NCBI GenBank assembly: GCA_963934255.1
Contig: CAWVXU010000050.1
Coordinates: 1 to 19,588, forward strand
From: an uncultured Fibrobacterales bacterium
GTDB lineage: Bacteria > Fibrobacterota > Fibrobacteria > Fibrobacterales > CAWVXU01
DNA: 19,588 bases
Direction: 5' to 3'
The translations under genes and the position numbers were made by a program. Below the pieces are notes generated by a model. The model was given only the letters and a program-made list of their open reading frames with translations, did no database searches and had not been told where the DNA came from. Numbering within the stretch: position 1 is the first letter of the stretch; each line of letters opens with the position of its first letter. This document shows positions 7,478 to 15,572 of the stretch, piece after piece.

Positions 7478-10400
7478 ATGAAAATTTCTAAAAGAATTAA
7501 AAAAGTTTTAGCATTTGTCCTTACTGGGCTCATGGTGGCCTCCGGTATTGTCTGGCTTGAAGTCGACCGCGATATTCCCTTAAATCGTAGTCTCGACAAT
7601 TTTGAAAACGTTTTATTTGACTTTTTATCTTCCACGAAGTACAGCACTGAAGATTTGGGCTTTCAAGACACTTCTAGTATCAAAACTAACACAACCTTAG
7701 AAAAGCGTATCGTTTTAGTTGATATTGATGAATCTTCAATGGATATTCTTGGAAGTTACAACCTTTGGCCTAGAAGTTATCATGCAAAGGTCGTGGATCA
7801 ACTCACCAAGGGTGGTGCTTCCTCAATTACTTTTGATATTTTATTCAAAAACGCTGATTGGGGTGCTACAGATGCACAAGCTGCAATTAGCGTCCTTAAA
7901 AATGTTGATTCGACAATTCAATGGGATAAACTTGCTTCAAAGATAAAAGCAGGCTACAATTATGACTCAATGCTCGTTAAAAGTGTGCAGAATGCTGGTA
8001 ATGTCATATCTGGTGCAACTGTTGGAAATCGGGATGAATACTTTAACGACCCCAAATACTGGGTGTCCAAATCCACCAAAGAATGGCAAGAAGAAATAGG
8101 CCTTCACTCGACCTTCCCAATTCCTACAAATTTAGCTATTGACCATAATATAAACAAAGAAATCCTTGATAATACCTTCTCAAACTTTTCAAAATCTTCC
8201 TACAAGATGGGACTTGTCAACGTGACTCCTGACAATGATGGAGTTCATCGTTCAGAGCCTCTATTATATACCTACCCCAATCCCGAAACCACGCCGGGTG
8301 TCACTCCAAGGTTTTACCCAGTTATTGCATTACAAACTTCGTTATTACTGATGGGTATTGACCCCAAAGACATCATCATTATCCCAGAAGAAAAAATCAT
8401 TATCGGTCAACCTTTTGGTTTATATAAAGACTCTCTAGGAATTATCCAAACCACCTATCCCAATCTGAGTTGGCCATCCATTCGCTCAATGATTCAGCAA
8501 AAAGAATCAATCCTTAAACTCTCTAACCCTGACATTGCTGATAGCTTAAAACGCAATATAGATTTATCTACCTCAGTTTTAATTTATCACAACAAAGACG
8601 GTGTATCCGCAGATATACTTGATGCCCAAACGCTCACCCCTGAAATGCTAAAAACCATCACCGAATTTCCCAATTTTAAGCAAATTATTCTTGATGCCCA
8701 AAAAGCAGCTAAAGCTCAACTCATTCAAAATCCAGAGCCAGAACAACAACTTGAAGGCTACATAGAAGTGGCAGCGGTTAGTGATGAGCTGCTTCTCGGA
8801 TATTCTCTTGATGAAAACAAAATGGCGCTGATGGAATTTGATGGTGAAGAACTAGATGAAGAAATTTACTTTGACGACTATACACTCAATGTCTTAGACT
8901 ATTTCAAATTAGACATTCAGAGACTGGCCTTAGGTCAACAAAAGTACCTATCCATTCCAGCCGATATTAGTATTCAAGCAGGTGATTTATACTCCTCCAT
9001 CATCATTCTTCAGGATGATGTTATTTTAGATATCATCAATTGGGAAGAAACGACTTTGATCAAACGCTTAAACCAAGGGGACACTCTGCGCTTTGGTGAC
9101 TCAATTGAAATCCCAATTTGGGGTAAAGATATGCGAATGTTTATCAATTTCCTGGATCTGAAACAATCTAAAGACAACGAGACTTTTAAACACATTTCCT
9201 ACTCAGATCTTATTCGTAATCGAATTCAAGTTGCCGCTTTTCAAGGCAAAGTATTTATGCTAGGCTCAACAGCCCCTGCCCTATTTGATATGGTCGCGGC
9301 ACCCGGTGTCCCCAATTACCCAGGTGTTGATATTCACCTCAATATGATGGAAAATATACTGACAAATAACTTCCTACATAAGGCTGATTCAAAAGACATC
9401 ATCTTTATAATTATCGCCTTTGCGTTTATTGCAGCTTTGATTGCAACCTATTTAAGTCCTATTTGGGCCTCAATCCTCATTATTATTATATCAGCAATCT
9501 ATTTTATCTTTAACTTTCATTATTTCAATCTAGGCGTATACTTTGGAATTGTAAGACCACAAGTTGCTCTTATGTCAGCATTTGGCTTTTCTCTCATCTA
9601 TAAACTTATGTTTGAAGAACGCGCCAAACGTCAAGCAGTTCAGGCTTTTAAAAATTACATCTCTCCTGAACTTATTGACCAAATGCTTGAAAGCGACGAA
9701 GAACCGACTCTTGGCGGAGAGGAAAGCTTCTTAACTGCATATTTTACAGATATCGCCTCATTCTCTACTTTCTCAGAAAAAATTGGGTCTCCTACCCGAC
9801 TTGTTGAACTACTCAATGAATATCTCACCGACATGACTAATATTTTGACTGCTGAGGGTGGAACATTAGACAAATACGAAGGTGATGCCATCATCGCATT
9901 TTTTGGCGCCCCCGTACCCTTAGCCAACAATGCCTATGCTTCTTGTATTTCTGCTATAAATATGCAAAATAAACTTGGCGATCTCAGAGCCAAGTGGGAA
10001 TCTGAAGGCGACAAATGGCCTCAAATTGTCCACCATATGAGAATGAGAATTGGAATAAATTCTGGACAAATAGTCACTGGTAATATGGGTTCCAAAATGC
10101 ATATGAACTACACAATGATGGGAGATGCAGTAAATTTAGCAGCCCGCCTAGAATCAGGCGCCAAACAATACGGAGTATTCAATATGTGCTCCAAAACAAC
10201 AATAGATGCGGCACATGCTCAAGTCCCGGAAGGCGCAACAAAATTACTCACTCGGGAAATTGATAGAGTCAAAGTAGTGGGTAAATCAGAGCCGGTTGAA
10301 ATATATGAACTTCTTAATTTTGAAAATGAAGCAACTGACATAGAAACTGAACTTGTTAAATTATTTGCCCAAGCAATTGATAAATACAGAGCCTGTCAAT

Positions 10401-10585
10401 GGGATGAAGCTGAAGCCATTTTCATCAAATGCCTTGATTTAGAAATTTACCATCCTGATCGAGCACCTGGCTGTAAAACAACACCATCACATGTTTTTAT
10501 CAAAAGATGTCAAGAATATGCTCAAAACCCTCCTGTAAATCAAGGAGAATCATGGGATGGTGTATATACTGCTACTGAAAAGTGA
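7478..10585 (+). CDS. CHASE2-domain class III adenylate cyclase with large extracytoplasmic insertion
   Basis: N-terminal TM. CHASE2 motifs IVLVDIDE, WPRSYHA, ITFDILF, DNDGVHR, FQGKVFMLGSTA and YPGVDIH. Three TMs follow. Catalytic FTDIASFS, DKYEGDA, MRIGINSG and YTMMGDAVNLAARLE; Lys and Thr at the specificity positions point to ATP. C-terminal WDGVY...K tail typical of this family. Confidence 0.93.
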   Translation: MKISKRIKKVLAFVLTGLMVASGIVWLEVDRDIPLNRSLDNFENVLFDFLSSTKYSTEDLGFQDTSSIKTNTTLEKRIVLVDIDESSMDILGSYNLWPRSYHAKVVDQLTKGGASSITFDILFKNADWGATDAQAAISVLKNVDSTIQWDKLASKIKAGYNYDSMLVKSVQNAGNVISGATVGNRDEYFNDPKYWVSKSTKEWQEEIGLHSTFPIPTNLAIDHNINKEILDNTFSNFSKSSYKMGLVNVTPDNDGVHRSEPLLYTYPNPETTPGVTPRFYPVIALQTSLLLMGIDPKDIIIIPEEKIIIGQPFGLYKDSLGIIQTTYPNLSWPSIRSMIQQKESILKLSNPDIADSLKRNIDLSTSVLIYHNKDGVSADILDAQTLTPEMLKTITEFPNFKQIILDAQKAAKAQLIQNPEPEQQLEGYIEVAAVSDELLLGYSLDENKMALMEFDGEELDEEIYFDDYTLNVLDYFKLDIQRLALGQQKYLSIPADISIQAGDLYSSIIILQDDVILDIINWEETTLIKRLNQGDTLRFGDSIEIPIWGKDMRMFINFLDLKQSKDNETFKHISYSDLIRNRIQVAAFQGKVFMLGSTAPALFDMVAAPGVPNYPGVDIHLNMMENILTNNFLHKADSKDIIFIIIAFAFIAALIATYLSPIWASILIIIISAIYFIFNFHYFNLGVYFGIVRPQVALMSAFGFSLIYKLMFEERAKRQAVQAFKNYISPELIDQMLESDEEPTLGGEESFLTAYFTDIASFSTFSEKIGSPTRLVELLNEYLTDMTNILTAEGGTLDKYEGDAIIAFFGAPVPLANNAYASCISAINMQNKLGDLRAKWESEGDKWPQIVHHMRMRIGINSGQIVTGNMGSKMHMNYTMMGDAVNLAARLESGAKQYGVFNMCSKTTIDAAHAQVPEGATKLLTREIDRVKVVGKSEPVEIYELLNFENEATDIETELVKLFAQAIDKYRACQWDEAEAIFIKCLDLEIYHPDRAPGCKTTPSHVFIKRCQEYAQNPPVNQGESWDGVYTATEK

Positions 10586-10610
10586 CAAACCTCGCGCTAA
10601 TTATTAGATT
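10582..10610 (+). promoter_or_regulatory. Putative sigma70 promoter of the DAHP synthase gene
   Basis: GTGACA (10582-10587), 17-nt spacer, TAGATT (10605-10610). Confidence 0.45.
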
Positions 10611-10644
10611 GACCCCATAAAATCTATTAAAATGCGAGTTTATT

Positions 10645-11697
10645 ATGATCATTCCAAATAAACCACAATTGACAGCTGCAGAAGTTAGTGAATTACAGGG
10701 TCTAGCCGGAGAATTCGGTGTTGAAGTACGTCCAATCCAAGGTGCTTCTCAAAGCATCTTTGCTCTTATCGGTGATGAGACAAATGACCTTCTTGTCAAA
10801 AGAATTGAAGGTCTTGAGTTTATTGAAAAAGTGGATCGTGTACAAGTTCCTTACAAGTTATTGAGTCACAACAATCCTCTTTCCAAAGAAAAACACCTTA
10901 TCAACGGAAAAGAGCTTGGTAAAGATTTCATTACAATGGCTGGTCAGTGTACCATCGATTATAAAAATCCAAACTATTTTTACGAAACAGCTCAGGCTTG
11001 TAAAGAAGCTGGAGCCGACATGCTTCGTGGCGGTGTTTGGAAACCCCGCACATCTCCTTATTCATTCCAAGGTTCTGCCAAATCCCTAGATATCCTACTT
11101 GAAGCTCGTGAACGCACTGGTCTTAAAGTAGTGACTGAGGTCATGGAGCTTGAGCAAGTAAAACTTTGTGTTGAAGCAAAAGTTGACTGTTTCCAAATTG
11201 GTGCTCGTAATGCACTGAACTACAAACTACTCGAGCAAGTGGGGCAATTAACTGCAGAGACAGATATGCGTGTTTTACTTAAACGTTCTATCCACATGGG
11301 TAAAATTGACGAATTCATCCTTGCTGCCGAGTACATCGCTGGTAATGGTAATCCAAATGTCATGATGTGCCCACGTGGCACCCAACCTGGCATGGACGGA
11401 TACCGTAACTATCCGGATGAGTGCATAACTCCACTGCTAAAAGAGAAAACTTGGGCTCCTGTCATTGTTGACCCTTCACACTCTGTTGGTAAAGCCAAAT
11501 ACGTACCACATGCGGCTATGGCAGCTGCAGCATATGGAGCAGATGGTGTAATCATAGAAACTCATTGCCACCCTATTAAAGGGATGGGAGATGACCCTAA
11601 ACAAGCAATCACACCTGAAGTGCTTGAAAAGCTCATCATCAATATGCAACTCATTGCTAAAAATGCGCGTGAGATAAGAGCTGCTGCTCACCACTAG
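10645..11697 (+). CDS. aroF: 3-deoxy-7-phosphoheptulonate (DAHP) synthase, type I-beta with N-terminal ACT-like regulatory domain
   Basis: N-terminal ferredoxin-like segment ending in PYKL. AGQC, RGGVWKPRTSPYSFQG, QIGARN, LLKR, DPSHS and IIETH motifs; metal-ligand positions C/H/E/D are present. Confidence 0.93.
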   Translation: MIIPNKPQLTAAEVSELQGLAGEFGVEVRPIQGASQSIFALIGDETNDLLVKRIEGLEFIEKVDRVQVPYKLLSHNNPLSKEKHLINGKELGKDFITMAGQCTIDYKNPNYFYETAQACKEAGADMLRGGVWKPRTSPYSFQGSAKSLDILLEARERTGLKVVTEVMELEQVKLCVEAKVDCFQIGARNALNYKLLEQVGQLTAETDMRVLLKRSIHMGKIDEFILAAEYIAGNGNPNVMMCPRGTQPGMDGYRNYPDECITPLLKEKTWAPVIVDPSHSVGKAKYVPHAAMAAAAYGADGVIIETHCHPIKGMGDDPKQAITPEVLEKLIINMQLIAKNAREIRAAAHH

Positions 11698-11727
11698 GTA
11701 GTTTTTGGCAATATTGATTAATAAATT

Positions 11728-11762
11728 AAAAGGCATCACCAATTTGGGTGATGCCTTTTTTT
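11728..11762. terminator. Bidirectional intrinsic terminator between aroF and the convergent OMP gene
   Basis: AAAAGGCATCACC-AATTTG-GGTGATGCCTTTTTTT hairpin with flanking A and T tracts. Confidence 0.9.
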
Positions 11763-11904
11763 ATTGAGTTAACCTTTAGCCAAGAAAAATTAGGTTTAAT
11801 TTTACACTTTTAAGGTTTTCACTTAAGAAATAAAACTGATTCATCTCATTTGAGTAAGTCGAAAAAACGGACTTGTGCATTTCGCCCAGCCGTATAATAC
11901 TATT

Positions 11905-12522
11905 TTATTTCACTTCACTAATAACATTAGGGTACCACCTAAATCCTATTTGAATACTTGGCTTATTGAGGTCTTTAATCATTAACTCTTTTGACTCATC
12001 TAAGTAAGGTACATAAGTATAATCCCCCTTAATAGAGAGTTCAAATGATTCACTAATGGGGAAGTCCACCCCTAAACCAAGGCCAACAGCCAAAAATCCT
12101 TCACTTCGATTCACGATATCATCTTCAGAAAGACGGGTATAAATTTTCGCCAGGCCCATAGTTGCACGGTGAGGGATATTTATTTCTACAAACCCATTAC
12201 CCCATAACAGGTATTCACCTTGGACACTTAAAGATCTAATATCCAAAGTGTATTGCTTATCGTATAATACACCATTATATTGGCCTGGCATGAGTTGAAT
12301 CAATCCGGACAGACCATAATACTCATTTATCCAAGACCCTACCCCAACTTCTAACTTAGTCAATTGTTCATCTTTGACTCCTGCAACCCCAGCAGTCACA
12401 CTCAGCCAGCTATTGATCTGTTTATTAAGCTCTTCCCTAGCTTCTCCATCAAGAGAGTATTCTTCGGCGCTTACCAAAGTGACAAAAATCAACAGAATAA
12501 GCATGTATGTTTTTTTAATCAT
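11905..12522 (-). CDS. Exported protein, probable small outer-membrane beta-barrel
   Basis: Sec signal peptide (MIKK + hydrophobic core + VSA). Alternating amphipathic beta-strands (LEVGVGSW, VQGEYLLW, FLAVGLGLGVDF, LSIKGDYTY, IQIGFRWY). SD GAGGAG. Confidence 0.7.
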   Translation of the reverse strand: MIKKTYMLILLIFVTLVSAEEYSLDGEAREELNKQINSWLSVTAGVAGVKDEQLTKLEVGVGSWINEYYGLSGLIQLMPGQYNGVLYDKQYTLDIRSLSVQGEYLLWGNGFVEINIPHRATMGLAKIYTRLSEDDIVNRSEGFLAVGLGLGVDFPISESFELSIKGDYTYVPYLDESKELMIKDLNKPSIQIGFRWYPNVISEVK

Positions 12523-12582
12523 AATTCAATCTCCTCGTTGATAATATAAATGAAATGCCTTTCAAAAAGCATTATTTAAAAT

Positions 12583-12614
12583 AAAAAAAGTCCTACCTCA
12601 AAAGAAGTAGGACT
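12583..12614 (-). terminator. Intrinsic terminator of the cmk-rpsA transcript
   Basis: Minus strand AGTCCTACTTC-TTTT-GAGGTAGGACT followed by a T tract, about 40 nt after the rpsA stop. Confidence 0.88.
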
Positions 12615-12651
12615 CTAAACTATCAACTAGCTTAAGTACTGTAAATGAGAA

Positions 12652-14391
12652 TTAGTCTTCCGAAGAAACTTCTTCTACTTCAGCTTCTACAGCAGCACCA
12701 TTAGGTTGGTGAGCATCTAGGTAAGCTTGTACTTCTGCATCATCTTTTCCTTCTAAATAGTCAACTACTGACAAGAAAAGTTTGCGATTTCCGTGATCAA
12801 CTTCAGAAACTAAAGCTGGAACTTCGTCACCCACTGCAAATGCTTCAGATGGAACTTTGATTTTGTCAGTAGTAAGTTTATTAGTACCGATGAAACCTTC
12901 AAGACCATTCTCAAGCTCAACTACGACACCGCGGTCTAGCATGCGAACAATTGTTCCTTTAACTTCAGAATTTACTGGAAATGTAGATTCTACTGAATCC
13001 CAAGGATCTTCTGCAAGATGTTTCATAGAAAGTGAGATACGACGTTTGTCACGGTCAACCGCTAGAACAACACACTCAACACTATCACCCTTAGTTTGGA
13101 GCTCAGAAGGGTGAGAGATTTTTTTGGTCCAAGACATATCAGAAACGTGAATCAGTCCATCAACACCTTCTTTAATCTCAACAAAAGCGCCGAAAGAAGC
13201 AAGGTTACGAATTTCACCAGTTACTTTAGCACCAGGAGGCAATTCAGACTCGATGTCTTCCCAAGGATCTTTCTCAAGTTGTTTAAGACCAAGAGAAATT
13301 TTTTCGTTATCAACGTCAATTTTGAGAACAACTGCTTCAACTTCTTCGCCCACTGTCAATAGTTTTGAAGGATGTTTAACGTGTTGTGTCCAAGACATTT
13401 CAGATACGTGGATAAGACCTTCGATACCTTCGTCAAGTTCGATGAAAGCACCATAATCTGTAATTGAAACAACTTTACCTTTGACTACAGAGTCTTCAGG
13501 GAATTTTTCAGTTGCATCTTTCCAAGGGTGATCTTGAAGTTGTTTAAGACCAAGAGAAATACGCTCTTTATTCTCGTTATAATCAAGGATTTTAACTTCA
13601 ATTTCTTGTCCTAAAGTTACTAGCTCTGAAGGATGAGAAATACGACGGTAAGACATATCAGTGATGTGTAGAAGTCCATCTACACCGCCAAGATCGATAA
13701 ACGCACCAAAATCAGTGATGTTTTTAACGATACCTTTACGTACTTGTGATTTGTCTAGGTTATCAAGAACATTACCACGTAGACGTGAACGCTCTTCTTC
13801 AAGAACTGAACGACGTGAAACAACAATGTTGCGACGTGCTTTGTTTACTTTGATAACTTTAAGATCGAAGTCCTGACCAATTAATGCATTGATATCAGGG
13901 ATTTGACGAAGGTCAATTTGTGAACCAGGTAGGAACGCGTCGATACCAAATAGGTCAACAACTACGCCACCTTTGATACGGCGTACCAAAGTACCACGTA
14001 CGATTTCGTCATTTTCAAATGCTTCGCGGATTTTTTCCCATACGCGAATAAAGTCTGCGCGAGTTTTAGAAAGAACTAAACGTCCTTCTGAGTCTTCTAG
14101 AGCTTCGATGTATACTTCTACAACTTTATCAACTTCTAGATCAGGAGACCCTTTAAATTCAGCAATAGGTACAACACCTTCTGATTTAAAATTAACATCA
14201 ACTAGTACTTCAGTATCGGATACTTGACGGATCGTTCCATCAACAACTTTTCCGACTTCAAGACCAGTAAGAGTAGAGAAGTATTCTTCCATCTCAGTAC
14301 CCTGGACGTTCTCAGCAGAGATATCAAAAGCTTGTTCAGCTTTGAGCATTTCAATTAGATCTGAATCAGATCCATGTAGCAAATTTGCCAT
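12652..14391 (-). CDS. rpsA: 30S ribosomal protein S1
   Basis: Six S1 domains (VDVNFKSEG, AFLPGSQID, KNITDFGAFIDLGGVDGLLHITDMS, ITDYGAF...EGLIHVSEMSW, FGAFVEI...DGLIHVSDMSW). Highly biased codon usage. Canonical position downstream of cmk. Confidence 0.98.
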   Translation of the reverse strand: MANLLHGSDSDLIEMLKAEQAFDISAENVQGTEMEEYFSTLTGLEVGKVVDGTIRQVSDTEVLVDVNFKSEGVVPIAEFKGSPDLEVDKVVEVYIEALEDSEGRLVLSKTRADFIRVWEKIREAFENDEIVRGTLVRRIKGGVVVDLFGIDAFLPGSQIDLRQIPDINALIGQDFDLKVIKVNKARRNIVVSRRSVLEEERSRLRGNVLDNLDKSQVRKGIVKNITDFGAFIDLGGVDGLLHITDMSYRRISHPSELVTLGQEIEVKILDYNENKERISLGLKQLQDHPWKDATEKFPEDSVVKGKVVSITDYGAFIELDEGIEGLIHVSEMSWTQHVKHPSKLLTVGEEVEAVVLKIDVDNEKISLGLKQLEKDPWEDIESELPPGAKVTGEIRNLASFGAFVEIKEGVDGLIHVSDMSWTKKISHPSELQTKGDSVECVVLAVDRDKRRISLSMKHLAEDPWDSVESTFPVNSEVKGTIVRMLDRGVVVELENGLEGFIGTNKLTTDKIKVPSEAFAVGDEVPALVSEVDHGNRKLFLSVVDYLEGKDDAEVQAYLDAHQPNGAAVEAEVEEVSSED

Positions 14392-14419
14392 TTATATTTT
14401 CCTTACGGTTAACCAGTAA

Positions 14420-15091
14420 TTATGAAGTAACGACCACTCCCATTATCTTCAAAATGTGTTCAACCTGTTGTTCTATGTTAAATTTAGTGGTATCTACGAG
14501 CTCTGCATCTTCAGCTTTCACCAAAGGTGCTGTTGCACGAGACGAATCAAGACGATCCCTCTCAAGCAAGTTTTCACGAACTTCTTCAAAACTGACTTGC
14601 TCTCCCTTAGACAATAACTCAGCATGACGACGCTTAGAGCGCACATCTACATCCGTTACCAGGAAAAACTTATAATCAGCTTGAGGAAAAACAACTGTAC
14701 CAATATCACGACCATCGAGGACACAGCCTTTTTGATTCCCAATGTGGCGTTGTTGCTCAGTCATGAGACTGCGAACTTCAGGAAGCTTACAATAATGAGA
14801 AACCTCATTTGAAACTCTTGGAGTACGAATCTCACTTTCGCGAACTATTCCATCAATCATCAACCCATCATCAGAAAAGCTGATCTGGATACGACCAGCA
14901 AGCTCTACAACATCAGACTCAGCAGAATAAGGGATACCCTCATTTTGACAGGCCCAAGTTACAGCTCTATACATCGCTCCCGTATCAAGATAAGGAAGAC
15001 CAAGTCGTTCACCCATTAACTTTGCCGTAGTACTTTTACCAGTACCAGAAGGACCGTCAATGGCGATTATGATATGATTAGATTTGCTCAT
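14420..15091 (-). CDS. cmk: Cytidylate kinase
   Basis: IAIDGPSGTGKSTTAK P-loop, YLDTGAMYRA, LDGRDIGTVVFP and ERDRLDSSRATAPL. Confidence 0.97.
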   Translation of the reverse strand: MSKSNHIIIAIDGPSGTGKSTTAKLMGERLGLPYLDTGAMYRAVTWACQNEGIPYSAESDVVELAGRIQISFSDDGLMIDGIVRESEIRTPRVSNEVSHYCKLPEVRSLMTEQQRHIGNQKGCVLDGRDIGTVVFPQADYKFFLVTDVDVRSKRRHAELLSKGEQVSFEEVRENLLERDRLDSSRATAPLVKAEDAELVDTTKFNIEQQVEHILKIMGVVVTS

Positions 15092-15100
15092 AGAGCAGTA

Positions 15101-15109
15101 AATTTAGCA
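15101..15109 (-). promoter_or_regulatory. Putative extended -10 promoter of cmk-rpsA (near-leaderless)
   Basis: Minus strand TG-C-TAAATT ending 9 nt before the cmk ATG. No SD sequence and no good -35. Confidence 0.4.
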
Positions 15110-15116
15110 AGATAAA

Positions 15117-15572
15117 CTAGGAAAAGTTTGAATTTAAAATGTAATCTCGGAGTTTTTTTTCGATAGTTTTAGAATCCAAAGGACGCACCATAACATTGGG
15201 CTCTTTTTGATTCAACACCTTAGCTAGACTTAGCTTGTCATCAGCTCGACCACAGAAAATAGCACACAAAGGCTTCTTTGGCCTCATTGCTTTTATAATC
15301 TTCAACAATGGGTCTAAAAAGACAGCGCCTGGCCTCAACTCAAACCATAGCAACAGAGGTCCATCAAACTTTACAATTAACTCTAAAAGCTCTTTACCTT
15401 CATCTAAAACTTGAACTTCCTTAAATCCAATTTTCTTTAAAGTCGGTAGGAGTTGTTTTTTCACTATCATCTCAGATTCAACTACAATTGCTAAAGCACT
15501 TTGCATTAAACTTAAAGTCTTCAGTTGCTGATAAAATTCATCAAGTTGGGCTAGATTTTGAATTTTATTCAT
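15117..15572 (-). CDS. Degenerate CheY-like (pseudo-receiver) domain protein
   Basis: Receiver-like beta/alpha pattern: AIVVESE, LKKIGFKEV, EGKELLE, LLLWFELRP, CAIFCG, VMVRPLD...IEKKL. Canonical DD, phospho-Asp and Lys are replaced. Start overlaps the FapA-family gene stop by 8 nt. Confidence 0.7.
   Translation of the reverse strand: MNKIQNLAQLDEFYQQLKTLSLMQSALAIVVESEMIVKKQLLPTLKKIGFKEVQVLDEGKELLELIVKFDGPLLLWFELRPGAVFLDPLLKIIKAMRPKKPLCAIFCGRADDKLSLAKVLNQKEPNVMVRPLDSKTIEKKLRDYILNSNFS

Noticed and set aside
276..10585. GGDEF-EAL protein plus adenylate cyclase as a cyclic-nucleotide anti-phage system (CBASS or Pycsar-like)
   Set aside because: Both have ordinary sensory architectures (PAS, CHASE2), are separated by housekeeping genes, and have no adjacent TIR, patatin, nuclease or cNMP-binding effector.
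11866..11879. GTGCA / TGCAC LexA half-sites at 11875-11879 and 2235-2239
   Set aside because: Only half-sites, with no partner at the N4 spacing.
13276..13560. 24-bp direct repeat AAGTTGTTTAAGACCAAGAGAAAT (13276-13299 and 13537-13560)
   Set aside because: Encodes ISLGLKQL in adjacent S1 domains; the expected internal repetition of rpsA, not CRISPR or mobile DNA.
12857..14627. Several plus-strand ORFs antisense to rpsA and cmk
   Set aside because: Shadow ORFs caused by strong codon bias of highly expressed genes; no RBS or protein-like features.
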